From positions 70,866,001-70,930,000 of the forward strand of contig OX597831.1 of the NCBI GenBank assembly GCA_951406725.2: a stretch of 64,000 bases of DNA, in the 5' to 3' direction. Positions 53,790-64,000 of this stretch are shown here, one piece after another (position 1 is the stretch's first letter; the number at the start of each line of letters is the position of its first letter). The position numbers were made by a program, and so were the translations under genes. The DNA is from Octopus vulgaris (Eukaryota). The notes beneath the pieces were generated by a model. It worked only from the letters and a program-made list of their open reading frames with translations, was not told where the DNA came from and searched no databases.

Positions 53790-55350
53790 CATACGAACTC
53801 AAAGTGACAAGTCGCGTATTTGGCGTAGGAGAATATTTATTGAAAATATGATGAATACTATCTCCAACTTTGGGACTACAACTAGCAGCCGTATTAAATA
53901 ACTGGTTAATCTTCAGATGAATTAACTGAGGGAGCCGTTTCTTCACGATCGTAGTGATTTTTGACTGAAACGTGAATTTAGCATGCAGAGAGTTACTACA
54001 AACAACATGGCTGGACACAAAATCAACAACACAATTGAGGAACAGAACAAAGACAACAGTTCAACAGATAAACAAATTCTTTCTGGCTATAGTTATAGAA
54101 GAAACCGTAACTACAAACCTCATTTCTTTTGAAATTATGAATTGTATAATAATCTATTTAACTGCTACGAAAAAGCAAAACAAAACCCTGCTGTTGGCTA
54201 TATGAATCAATTGAAATCATGGAGAGAAATCTGCATCCAGAATTAAATCATTTTACTGCGAAGCAATTATGCCAACATGCAATATTTGTAGAACATAGAA
54301 AGAAGCTTAGTAACTGTAACTTTATTAAATAGTCGAAAATTAACCTTCTTCTTCCCAACTCTATAAACAAAAATGTGAATGATATAAGACCACCATGTGG
54401 TTTCACAGCTAGTGACATTCCAACAGATTCCATAGTGTCAACCAGCTAAACTACATTACTGGCTCAAGTAACTGACCATGGATCAAGTGACTGACCATCA
54501 TCTCCCTACTACGACTATGGTAAATAGCAGACACAACCACAACGATTATTGTAGTAGTAGTAGTAACAGTAGTCAGGATTATATGACGGTGAAATGTGTC
54601 CTTACTGAAATAAAGACAAAATTGATCCCCAAATGCAGAACCACCCACATGGCAAAAAACTACTGTCCAATTGCATGCCAGAACTTAATGTATAAAATAT
54701 ATACAGCATGTTTAAACCTCTTGCTCCAGGACCATTGTGAAACCAATAACATTATCACAGCAGAACAAGCAGCTGGAAAGAAGGGAGTCTGGGGATGTAC
54801 CAAGCAATTGTTAATCAACAAAACTGTGATGTCAGAGGTGTGAGAGCATAGGAAGAACCTAGTTTCAATGTGGCTAGACTACAAGAAAGTCTTTGGCTCT
54901 GTTCCCCATTCATGGATGCTAGAAACTAAACACAAAGAGTTACTGTATTATCACTGATGACACAGTATTGCAAAAGCATATTCCAAGGAGACAACCTCTC
55001 TGTGATGTTGTTTATACTTTCTGTAAACCCCTTGTCATTCATGTTAAGCAAGTCTGAATGATATCTCACTGGTTCACATGGAAAAAGAAATACCAAAATT
55101 ACACACAGTTTCTTTGTGGATGACTTAAAACTCTATTCAAAGAATATGCATGCGGTGAAAAAGAGCCTTGACCAAGTTACAACATTCTCAAAGGATGTAG
55201 GATTGGAGTTTGGTCACGATAAATGTTGTTATATGGTTGTGAAAAGGGAGAAAATTATAAACCAGACTAGTAACATTTCTGTGATTTAACTGTTTCCCCT
55301 GTATCTGATGAGGAATGTTACATGTCTAGGGATGGATGAAAATGTATCTT
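53790..55350 (+). mobile_element. Decayed R4/Dong-like non-LTR retrotransposon RT region
   Basis: NYCPIACQNLMYKIYTACL, EQAAGKKGVWGC, MWLDYKKVFGSVPHSW, IFQGDNLS, FFVDDLKLY; many stops and frameshifts. Confidence 0.85.
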
Positions 55351-55493
55351 ACAATGTCAACTGCAACAAAATTGGAACTGTAAAAATCTGTAAAACTTTC
55401 CAGAAGTTGATCATTTAAATATATATGAGCATGTCTAGATAGGCAACTATATGCATGAGAATACATACGTAAAACATAAAAATCTACACATAC

Positions 55494-55526
<33 letters not shown>

Positions 55527-55528
55527 CA

Positions 55529-55862
55529 CATCATCATCATCGTTTAACATCCGCTTTCCATGCTAGCATGGGTTGGATGGTTCGACCGGGGTCTGGGAAG
55601 CCAGGAGGCTGCACCAGGCCTAGTCTGATTTGGCAGTGTTTCTACAGCTGGATGGCCTTCCTAACACCAACCACCCCATGAGTGTAGTGGGTGCTTTTTA
55701 CATGCCACTGGCACAGGTGCCAGGTGAGGCTGGCCATGACCTTGATCAGTTGGTGCTTTCTACATGCCACTGGCACGGAGGCCAGTCGAGGCGGCGCTGT
55801 CAATGGCCACATTCAGATGGTTCTTTTACGTGCCACCAGCACTGGTATCACAACTACAATTT
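55529..55862 (-). mobile_element. RTE LINE 3' UTR fragment
   Basis: Homologous to 5436-5912 and 47927-48400. Confidence 0.88.
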
Positions 55863-55937
<75 letters not shown>

Positions 55938-56071
55938 CATATTATATTAAATTAGAGACAAAACCACTATTAGGCAAATCATACAATGAAAAACTTAAGC
56001 CAATACATAAGATTATTTAATTTATATTATTTAAATATATAACAAAATTATTAAAAAAATATAATTAATAT

Positions 56072-56140
56072 AACACTACGATCGTTTCATGGCTGTTAAT
56101 TTCTTTAAATTTTCGAGTTACCGTCATTCATCAGGTGGTT
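56072..56140 (-). ncRNA. Putative minimal type I hammerhead with canonical C3-G8 core
   Basis: CAC-CUGAUGA-[imperfect stem II]-GAA-ACGAUCGU-A-GUG. Confidence 0.6.
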
Positions 56141-56386
56141 TAAATATTTATCTTGGCGAGGTTTAAACAAGATAAATATTTAAACCACCAAGGTTATATT
56201 CGATATATTCGAGTGTTGTAGTTTCTGTCATGTCTCTGATGTGTGGTTGCATGTTCGAAATGTAATTAGGTATGTTGTCAACAGACATCCTACCTGATTT
56301 GTCAGTTGGGAAGCATACAATCTCTCTGTTTTTGACGCATCAAAAACAGAGAGATTGTATGTTTCCCAACTGACAAATCAGGTAGG

Positions 56387-58321
56387 ATGTCTGTTGACAA
56401 CATACCTAATTACATTTCGAACATGCAACCACACATCAGAGACATGACAGAAACTACAACACTCGAATATATCGAGAACGAAAAAATCGTTAATGCTCAC
56501 ATGGGGATGTGGAGTATAATTCTCCAGTCGGAGAAGCGCACAGCTAACAACTTCTTAACCACCAACAACGAAATCCCACCCCTATATGGCCTTCGCAAAG
56601 ATCACAAGAGCCACACGGATCATATACTTGGGCCACCCACCCGGCCCGTTTGTGGTGCCAACAATGCAAACAACCACAAAATATCATATTTTCTCTCACA
56701 ATTCCTACGACCGTTAATAGAGCTATCTGCGGATGTATGTGACAGTACTGAGGACCTCCTTAGCAGGATCCGCGAATGCAACAACACGTGTGACCTCAAG
56801 AACCACATCGTGGGTAGCATGGATGCGGTATCACTGTACCCCTCCATCGATGTAGACTTTGCTGTCGATAAATGTATAGAAATAGTTAGTGAAAGTGGTA
56901 TGATATTTAAGAATGTGGATGTATATGAACTAGGGCTCTTCCTGGCCCTGACGTGTACCAATGAATACCTGTCGCGCAATAACCTTCTATATGCTTGTTC
57001 CACCCGTAACAAACGCGGTAGACCACCTACCATTACCTCAGCATACAGGAAGACTCACTGTGAGCGCTGGCAGGGATGGACAAAGCCGGACTACCCACGG
57101 TATGGTGACACAAACATTTTAAACAGTGCCTAGCAAACCGTAACATCCACTTGGCTATGTACTCTCGTTACGTCGACGACATTAACCTTGTTGTGAAATA
57201 TAATACAGACACAGTTATGGGCCCTCTACCAAGTGAAGAACAGGTGATGACATCTATACAACACATAGCTGACTCTATCCACAGCAGTATAAAATTTACC
57301 TCAGACTACCCCTCTAAACGCCCCAGTAAACGATTACCCGTCCTAGATACTGAGCTATGGATGGAAAATGCTATGGTTAATGGAACCATTAAACCCTGTA
57401 TACTCCACTCACACTATCAGAAACCGATGGCTAATCCACTAGTAATCCGTAGTGACTCAGCTATGTCGGATACTGCCAAACTCAACATCCTAATGGCAGA
57501 CTTATAATTAGAGGAATGTATCACCACTATGCCAACCACAAGAACGACAACAACACATCCAGCACTACATATTCCGAATGCAACGCTCCGGATACACACA
57601 AGACGATAGAGTCAGGGTGTACAAAAGAGCGAAAGCTAGATTCGAACGCATTCTAAGGAACGACGAAAACGGTATGTGCCCCCTATACCGCAACAAGTTC
57701 TGGAATAGGTTAGAGAGGGACACCAACAAAAGGATGAGAAACGTTACTTGGTACGATAACAGGAGATTTCACGGAGTAATGTTCGTTGACGCCACACCTA
57801 AGAACGAGCTAAGTAAGGCATTCAAGAAAATCCTGCGCACTACGGGCCTAAAAATTAAAGTTGTAGAAAAGACAGGTAGGACTATCAAATCGGCATTATG
57901 CAGATCATATCCATTTGATAGAATCACCTGTCAAAGTAATTGTGCAGTATGTTCGACAAATCCACATGTAAATTGTAAAACCAAGGGCACTGTATACCAG
58001 ATTAAGTGCCAGGAGGGAGTTTGCGCGACTAACCCAGAGTCATACATAGGTGAGACTTCTAGAAGCATCAATGATAGGTTCAAAGAACACCTGGACAACT
58101 ACATTGAAAAGAAGCCAAACTCCATCTTCTACCAACATGCTGTAGACTGCCACAAGGGATCCTTAGGGAAACTTAAGTTGAACATCCTATCAACACATCC
58201 CACCGATGCAATGTTGAGACAGGTCACAGAAGCTGTTTGTATACAAGAATACAAACCTACTCTCAACCGAAAGTCCGAATGGAGTAACATCCAGATCCCA
58301 TTCAGAAGGACTATTCTATAA
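56387..58321 (+). pseudogene. Disrupted PLE RT-GIY-YIG ORF in three pieces
   Basis: ORFs 56387-57133, 57151-57507 and 57578-58321; the QxxG RT motif is missing. Confidence 0.85.
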
Positions 58322-58323
58322 CC

Positions 58324-58412
<89 letters not shown>

Positions 58413-59551
58413 TTGTAGTCCTTACATACAGGTTGCAATGCGTATGTGCAGTTATATATAACTGTATGAGCGTACGTTGTTTGATACGTACAGTTGCACT
58501 TAGGCGTTGTATCCATTCACGGTTAGACGGTGATGAGAGGAACAAACACACAACCACACACATATATATATATATATGTGTGTGCGTCTATACAAACATA
58601 TATGTGAATATGTATACAACCTTCAACAAAGTAACAGTCATGTACACAACTTGGACGGACACATGCCAGTACACGGACATACGTTCACATACACATACAC
58701 ATGTACACACTCTCACAGACACGTCTGCCCATTCTCCTAGACATTCACATACATACGTAGCACATGAGTACAAACATACATACATACCTACGTATGGGCA
58801 TACACACGTACATACGCACGTACATGTACGCACACACATACATGGGCACATGCATACGTGCGCGTATACATACATAGGCACATGCGTACGTATGTACATA
58901 CACACATACATACATACATGCATACATACATACATACATACATACATACATACATACATACATACATACATACATACATACATACGCACATACATACATA
59001 CATACATACATACATACATACATACATACATACATACATACATACATACATACATACATACATACATACATACATACATACATACATACATACATACATA
59101 CATACATACATACATACATACATACATACATACGCACATACATACATACGCACATACGCACAATAGTAAAACAAAAGTTCTGTGATATAGAGATAAAGAT
59201 CTGATAATAGGTTTTAGGGTATAGTTTTGGGAGTAAGGGTCGTAAATCACTTCCAGGCTTCGGCAGGAGGAAGTTGAAATTTGATAGTATTGTGATGAGT
59301 GGTCACTCTACATCTATCCATCGCTACAGGTTTATAGGTTTATGTTTATAGAGTGTGTGTGCGTGCATATACACACACATACATATATACATACATACAT
59401 ACATACATACATACATACATACATGCATACACAGGCGTATGTACGTACATGCATACGTACATACATACACACATGTATGCATACATACACACATACATAC
59501 GTACATATATATGACGAACTAACTGTTACTTTCTCAGATGCAGCACGGATT

Positions 59552-59601
59552 TTTGTCAGTGAACAGGTCGCAGATTTTAGCGACGAAAATATTTTGACAA
59601 A
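59552..59601 (+). ncRNA. Putative minimal type I hammerhead, G3-C8 variant
   Basis: UUUGUCA-GUGAACA-G-GUCGC(AGAUUUUA)GCGAC-GAA-AAUAUU-U-UGACAAA. Confidence 0.72.
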
Positions 59602-59678
59602 TTAAACTTAAATGTTGAAGTGAATCGAACGGCTTTTGTGTGTTTCTTAAATGGCATATAAACACCTTCCACGCTGCA

Positions 59679-59735
<57 letters not shown>

Positions 59736-59744
59736 GATAGGATT

Positions 59745-59900
59745 TTTTTATTTCCATCTGCCAATTCCATTCACAAGGATTTTGTAAATTTGGGGCTATA
59801 GTAGAAGACACTTACCCAAGGTGCCATGCAGTGGGACTGAGCCTGGAACCATGTGGTTGAGAAGCAAAGAGGCAAATTTCTTATCACACAGCTATGCCTA
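59745..59900 (-). mobile_element. SINE family A, 5' part
   Basis: gctatagtagaagacacttacccaaggtgccatgcagtgggactga. Confidence 0.8.
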
Positions 59901-60422
59901 CTGCCTTAATTTTGCAAAATTCTACCAAAGATCTCAATGAATGAATAATTTAAGGCAACATAAATTAATATGAATTAATATAAAGTTATCTTGTCTGACT
60001 CATTGGCTGAGTTCTTTAGAAAAAATGTGCAAAGAAAAATACACATTTTAGTATTTTGTAAAGTATTTCTAATTTATAGCTGAAGGCATAAATAGTTGCT
60101 AAACATGTTAATATGGTTTATTTTAGATTGTCTATACTCAAAGAGAAGAGATTTGAATTCGAAGACATTACATCTTAATATATACACCTTGTGTCATATG
60201 TAGTCTATTTTGCAAGTTTATATAACTTAGTTCAATTGAAATATTTTATATCTTCCTGTTGTGAAGGTTCTCATTGTGTTTTAATATATAGCTAGCCACT
60301 AGAAACACATGCACGTCTTAAGAATATAATATATAGTTATATCTATGAATACAAATACTAATATAATATTTATTTTGATATATATATACACATAACAATA
60401 TTAATATATATTTATTTTGATA

Positions 60423-60482
<60 letters not shown>

Positions 60483-60510
60483 ACAATATTAATATATATT
60501 TATTTTGATA

Positions 60511-60548
<38 letters not shown>

Positions 60549-60731
60549 AGAGAGAGAGAGAGAGAGAAATATATATATATATATATATATCTGTAGACAT
60601 AACAATATTAATATATATTTATTTTCATATATTTATATTTGCTTTGAGTTGCTTTAATTCACTTGAACTATATATGATTATCTGAATATATATATATATA
60701 TCTGTGTGTGTGTATGCATTTATTGTGTGTA

Positions 60732-60766
<35 letters not shown>

Positions 60767-60885
60767 GTGTGTGTGTATGCATTTATTGTATGTATGTGTA
60801 TATATATATATATAGTGACAAATGATATCTTGCAAACAACTTGCACATGCAAGTGCTACCAGTTAAAAGCTCCGTATATCGGAAG

Positions 60886-60996
60886 CTAGCAAGTGTATGG
60901 GGTCATCAGGAGAGAATGCGCGCCGTTTCGGGGCCTACCTCTCGACGGCATCAATGCGCACCGGCCCCCTCACTGATATGAGGCCCCGCTTGCTAG
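60886..60996 (-). ncRNA. Pseudoknotted hammerhead-like RNA structure in the HERO 3' UTR
   Basis: GCCGUC/GAAACGGC, GAGAG/CUCUC-CUGAUGA and GGGGCC/GGCCCC helices. Confidence 0.6.
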
Positions 60997-61016
60997 ATCA
61001 GCTGGTTATGATGAAC

Positions 61017-63416
61017 TCAATATACTTCTAGCCATCGCTCATCGTCTCTTTTTAACCAAATCCAGTGGCTAGCCTTCTCCACTGTAGATTGGATATCAGT
61101 CATGGTGGTATTGACTTTACGATGAGTTAGGCCTAACGATAACAACAGTCGTCTCACGCTGTGTCCTACAAACCCTCTACATCCGACTTCGATAGGAAAA
61201 TGTTCCGCTTTCCAGCCTGCGTCTTCATATTCCTCGAGGAGGTTTTCATAACGGTTTAATTTTCGAGCTCGAGCGGCGTCCATATTATCTTCGTGAGGAA
61301 CCGTTAGCTCGACTATATTTAAAACTTTCTTTCTTTCACACCACATCAAAATATCTGGTTTTTTCGAAACTGGGATGGGAAAGAAAACCTGGCACCCAGG
61401 TAAATCTGCAGTTACCTCCCAATAGTCGTTCCACTTTTCATTTTTCTCAGGAAGTTTCTTGGTCTTCTTCTTGAAACGGATCTGCTGACCTGGTCGCACG
61501 AAGGTAATGAACTCTCTTGATGGTACTTTTAACGATTTTTCCTCAGTGTTGTTGAGATGAATTTGATTCTTTATAGCATTGAAGATAACCTTAAGGACCA
61601 AGTTGTGCCTCCATGTGTACCTGTTCAATGCTAACGAACAGTTGGAAAGAATATGTTTTAGTGTACCGACTTTTCCACATTTGCAGACGTCATTCTCTAA
61701 GACGTTCCATCTTACTAGATTCGTAGGTGATGGCAAAACATCATAAGATGAACGAATCAGGAAACTCAGCCGAGATGTTGTCCACTTCCACATCTCATCC
61801 CAACTTATCTTCCTCTCAACAACATGTTCTTCCCATCTCGTCATCTGACCTTGATGAACACATCGGATCAAATGAAGCTCTCTTCTCTCTGCTTCTCTTG
61901 TTTTGACGCTGTTGCTAACAACAGATCTGCGTTCACACGGCATCATGCTTGCAAACGGTCTGAACTGATCCGCGCCAAAACCAAATCCTTTCCGATGGTT
62001 CTGCGTTGCTCCCACCATATCTCTGTGTGTAAGAGAAGACAAGATGTTGTCAGTTTCTGCTTCTGCTTTCCACTTCCTGGCTGTTTTCACCTCTGGTGGG
62101 TTACGCCTGATTTCCATATCCTTCGATTCTCTCAGCATCATGACCGTCCGTATCTTCCCCAACTTATATATTTCGACTATTGATGCTATTGGTAACTGCA
62201 ACGAACCTCTTTTACGATAAAGAGCTGAGCTGTTCAACATACGAGGTAGACCTAGCCACTTTCTAATGAACACATTACATTTTTGTTCGATCTTTTCAAC
62301 TCGTGACAATGCTACTTCGTATATTAAAAGTGGACACGCAAGTCGCGGGTACAGGCCGAACTGCAAGCACCAAATTTTATATTTACCTGGTAACTTCGAA
62401 ACATCAATCGCTGATAACCCAGCCTCGGCCTGTTTCATAATTTCAATCCCACGACTTCTATCTGACAATGTTCCAGCGTATACTCGTCCCAAGCTCTTGA
62501 CGGGCTCTTCCTTGACTGTTGGAATGCTTTCTTCCGATATTCGAAATTTAAATTCTTTCTGCACTCCCTTAACAAATGTCAGACTACGCGACTTTTTTGC
62601 TCTAAATCGCATCCTTGACCACCTTACACGTTCGTCTAATCTCAAAAGGGCATTCTGCATGATTTGTTTATCTGTAGCTAGAAGTGTCACGTCATCCATG
62701 AAGGCTTTCTTAGGCGATTGTACATGGGCGATTTGTTCCGAAAAATCTACACCTTTCAAAATCAACTCCATGACTAAGATAAACCACGTGACAGATATTG
62801 TACAGCCAGCAGCAATGCCAACCTCCAATCGGTGCCAATTTGTTGTAAAACTTCCAGTTGTAAACCTCATTTCGAAACTTTCATAGTACATCCTCATTAT
62901 TTTGATCACTTTATCAGGAATGTGGAAGTGGTCCATGGCTGTTATTAGTAATTTGTGTGGCACTGAACCATACGCGTTAGCTAGGTCGAGCCATACCACG
63001 TTCAGACTTTTCTTGTTCTGTTTGGCATCCTGAATCGCTTTCCAAATCGAAAAACAGTGTTCAACGCATCCAGGGATCCCGGGGATTCCGGCCTTTTGAA
63101 CAGATTCATCAACATATCCGTTACTCTGTAAATATGTCACTGTTCTCCTCGACAGAATTCCCATAAAGATCTTGCCTTCCACATTCAATAAGGATATCGG
63201 CCTAAACTGTTTTATGGTCTTTGCATTGGCCTCTTTCGGCAGGTATATACCTTCTGCCTTACACCAATCCTCTACTATAGTCTCCTCGCGCCACAGTTGT
63301 CGGATTAGGACGAAGAGCTTCTTTCGCAGACGATTGCAGTATTTGTAGACTTTATATGAGACGCCATCACCTCCTGGGGCACTCTTCGCTCTAGCTTTTC
63401 TTACGAAGTCATTCAC
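61017..63416 (-). CDS. Reverse transcriptase, CCHC knuckle and restriction-like endonuclease (partial, 799 aa)
   Basis: APGGDGV, FRPISLLN, WLDLANAYGSVPH, GIAAGC, AFMDD, KSLG; CKC..HILSNC, RHN, KPDI..VELTVP, K..RY, PIEVGCRG. Confidence 0.95.
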   Translation of the reverse strand: MNDFVRKARAKSAPGGDGVSYKVYKYCNRLRKKLFVLIRQLWREETIVEDWCKAEGIYLPKEANAKTIKQFRPISLLNVEGKIFMGILSRRTVTYLQSNGYVDESVQKAGIPGIPGCVEHCFSIWKAIQDAKQNKKSLNVVWLDLANAYGSVPHKLLITAMDHFHIPDKVIKIMRMYYESFEMRFTTGSFTTNWHRLEVGIAAGCTISVTWFILVMELILKGVDFSEQIAHVQSPKKAFMDDVTLLATDKQIMQNALLRLDERVRWSRMRFRAKKSRSLTFVKGVQKEFKFRISEESIPTVKEEPVKSLGRVYAGTLSDRSRGIEIMKQAEAGLSAIDVSKLPGKYKIWCLQFGLYPRLACPLLIYEVALSRVEKIEQKCNVFIRKWLGLPRMLNSSALYRKRGSLQLPIASIVEIYKLGKIRTVMMLRESKDMEIRRNPPEVKTARKWKAEAETDNILSSLTHRDMVGATQNHRKGFGFGADQFRPFASMMPCERRSVVSNSVKTREAERRELHLIRCVHQGQMTRWEEHVVERKISWDEMWKWTTSRLSFLIRSSYDVLPSPTNLVRWNVLENDVCKCGKVGTLKHILSNCSLALNRYTWRHNLVLKVIFNAIKNQIHLNNTEEKSLKVPSREFITFVRPGQQIRFKKKTKKLPEKNEKWNDYWEVTADLPGCQVFFPIPVSKKPDILMWCERKKVLNIVELTVPHEDNMDAARARKLNRYENLLEEYEDAGWKAEHFPIEVGCRGFVGHSVRRLLLSLGLTHRKVNTTMTDIQSTVEKASHWIWLKRDDERWLEVY

Positions 63417-63644
63417 CTCTCTCTCCCTGATGTCCCCAATCTACTGGCAGTTCACAATCATATTCATTTGATCAAATCTTTTCTACTTGCAAGACTGTTG
63501 AACAGCTGTAGCATAGGAAGACACTGGAATGTGTGTATGTATGTGAGGGGTGGGGGTAGTAAGTACTTGTATCATGCAATTCATTTTAGACTGTTCAATA
63601 ATATAAATATACATATATATCTTCATACTATTGCATGTCCTACT

Positions 63645-63725
63645 TCTCTTATCACTCTCTCTAATCACTCTCTCTTATCACTCTCTCTTATCACTCTCTC
63701 TTATCACTCTCTCTAATCACTCTCT
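63645..63725. repeat. 13-bp minisatellite (TCACTCTCTCT[T/A]A)n
   Basis: About six tandem copies read directly. Confidence 0.9.
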
Positions 63726-64000
63726 TTTCCTCTGTTTTGCTCTACATATTTTGTACATTGACATTTTTGCCTGACATATCTTCATGTCTTCACAATCTAT
63801 CCGTTGTGTCATCAAGGCTGACAGTTTAATGCTGGGTATCCAGACAGAGTATTATCACTGACAGCTCTATTTATAAGTGTCATTGTCTTTTTGGGTTAAA
63901 ACTGACCATTATCTGAAACAACAGACTTGATTGCCAAAGTTCTCAAATTCTATTGAATCCATCGCTAACATTGTTTGCCTGAGGTAACAGATACATAACA

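Larger units (their letters stand above)
56200..59682 (+). mobile_element. 5'-truncated Penelope-like element with fold-back 5' end and microsatellite-rich 3' tail
   Basis: RT motifs PPLYGLRKDHK, PTRPV, SMDAVSLYPSI, RYVDDI, LPVLD; GIY-YIG VYQIKC..YIGETSR..RFKEH..EAVCI..LN; ends in (TA)n. Confidence 0.9.
60815..63441 (-). mobile_element. 5'-truncated HERO-type (RLE) non-LTR retrotransposon
   Basis: Uninterrupted RT-CCHC-RLE frame; ~200-nt structured 3' UTR abutting (TA)n. Confidence 0.88.

Noticed and set aside
53910-53960. CAGATGA..ACGATCGTAGTG resembling the 56.1-kb hammerhead
   Set aside because: Lacks CUGA and GAAA, and lies inside a decayed R4-like ORF.
62266-62886. 206-aa plus-strand ORF
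   Set aside because: Antisense shadow of the HERO RT frame.

Overview
AT-rich, microsatellite-laden eukaryotic DNA. The SINE, LINE and MITE families point to an octopus (coleoid cephalopod) genome; this is inferred from repeat types. No intact, recognisable host gene is present, and most listed ORFs are microsatellite artefacts. The window is a mosaic of transposons: three tRNA-derived SINE families, a 5S-rRNA-derived SINE, two RTE-type LINE families, a CR1/L2-group 3' end, R4/Dong-like remnants, a young 5'-truncated HERO-type RLE retrotransposon (799-aa open frame), two Penelope-like elements (PLEs), and Tc1/mariner, Merlin, hAT, piggyBac-type MITE and Helitron-like DNA elements. A chain of minus-strand candidate exons, some with premature stops, may be a decaying host gene. 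The most interesting signal is RNA structure. (1) The HERO 3' UTR holds all three hammerhead-ribozyme core segments with their helices, but in the order GUC, GAAA, CUGAUGA. This matches none of types I/II/III and implies a pseudoknotted hammerhead. (2) Four PLE-associated minimal hammerheads show three different compensatory 3-8 core pairs (C-G, U-A, G-C). One PLE also carries a six-fold CCAAT/CRE array plus TATA/Inr upstream of its hammerhead. All structures were read by eye, and none has been tested.
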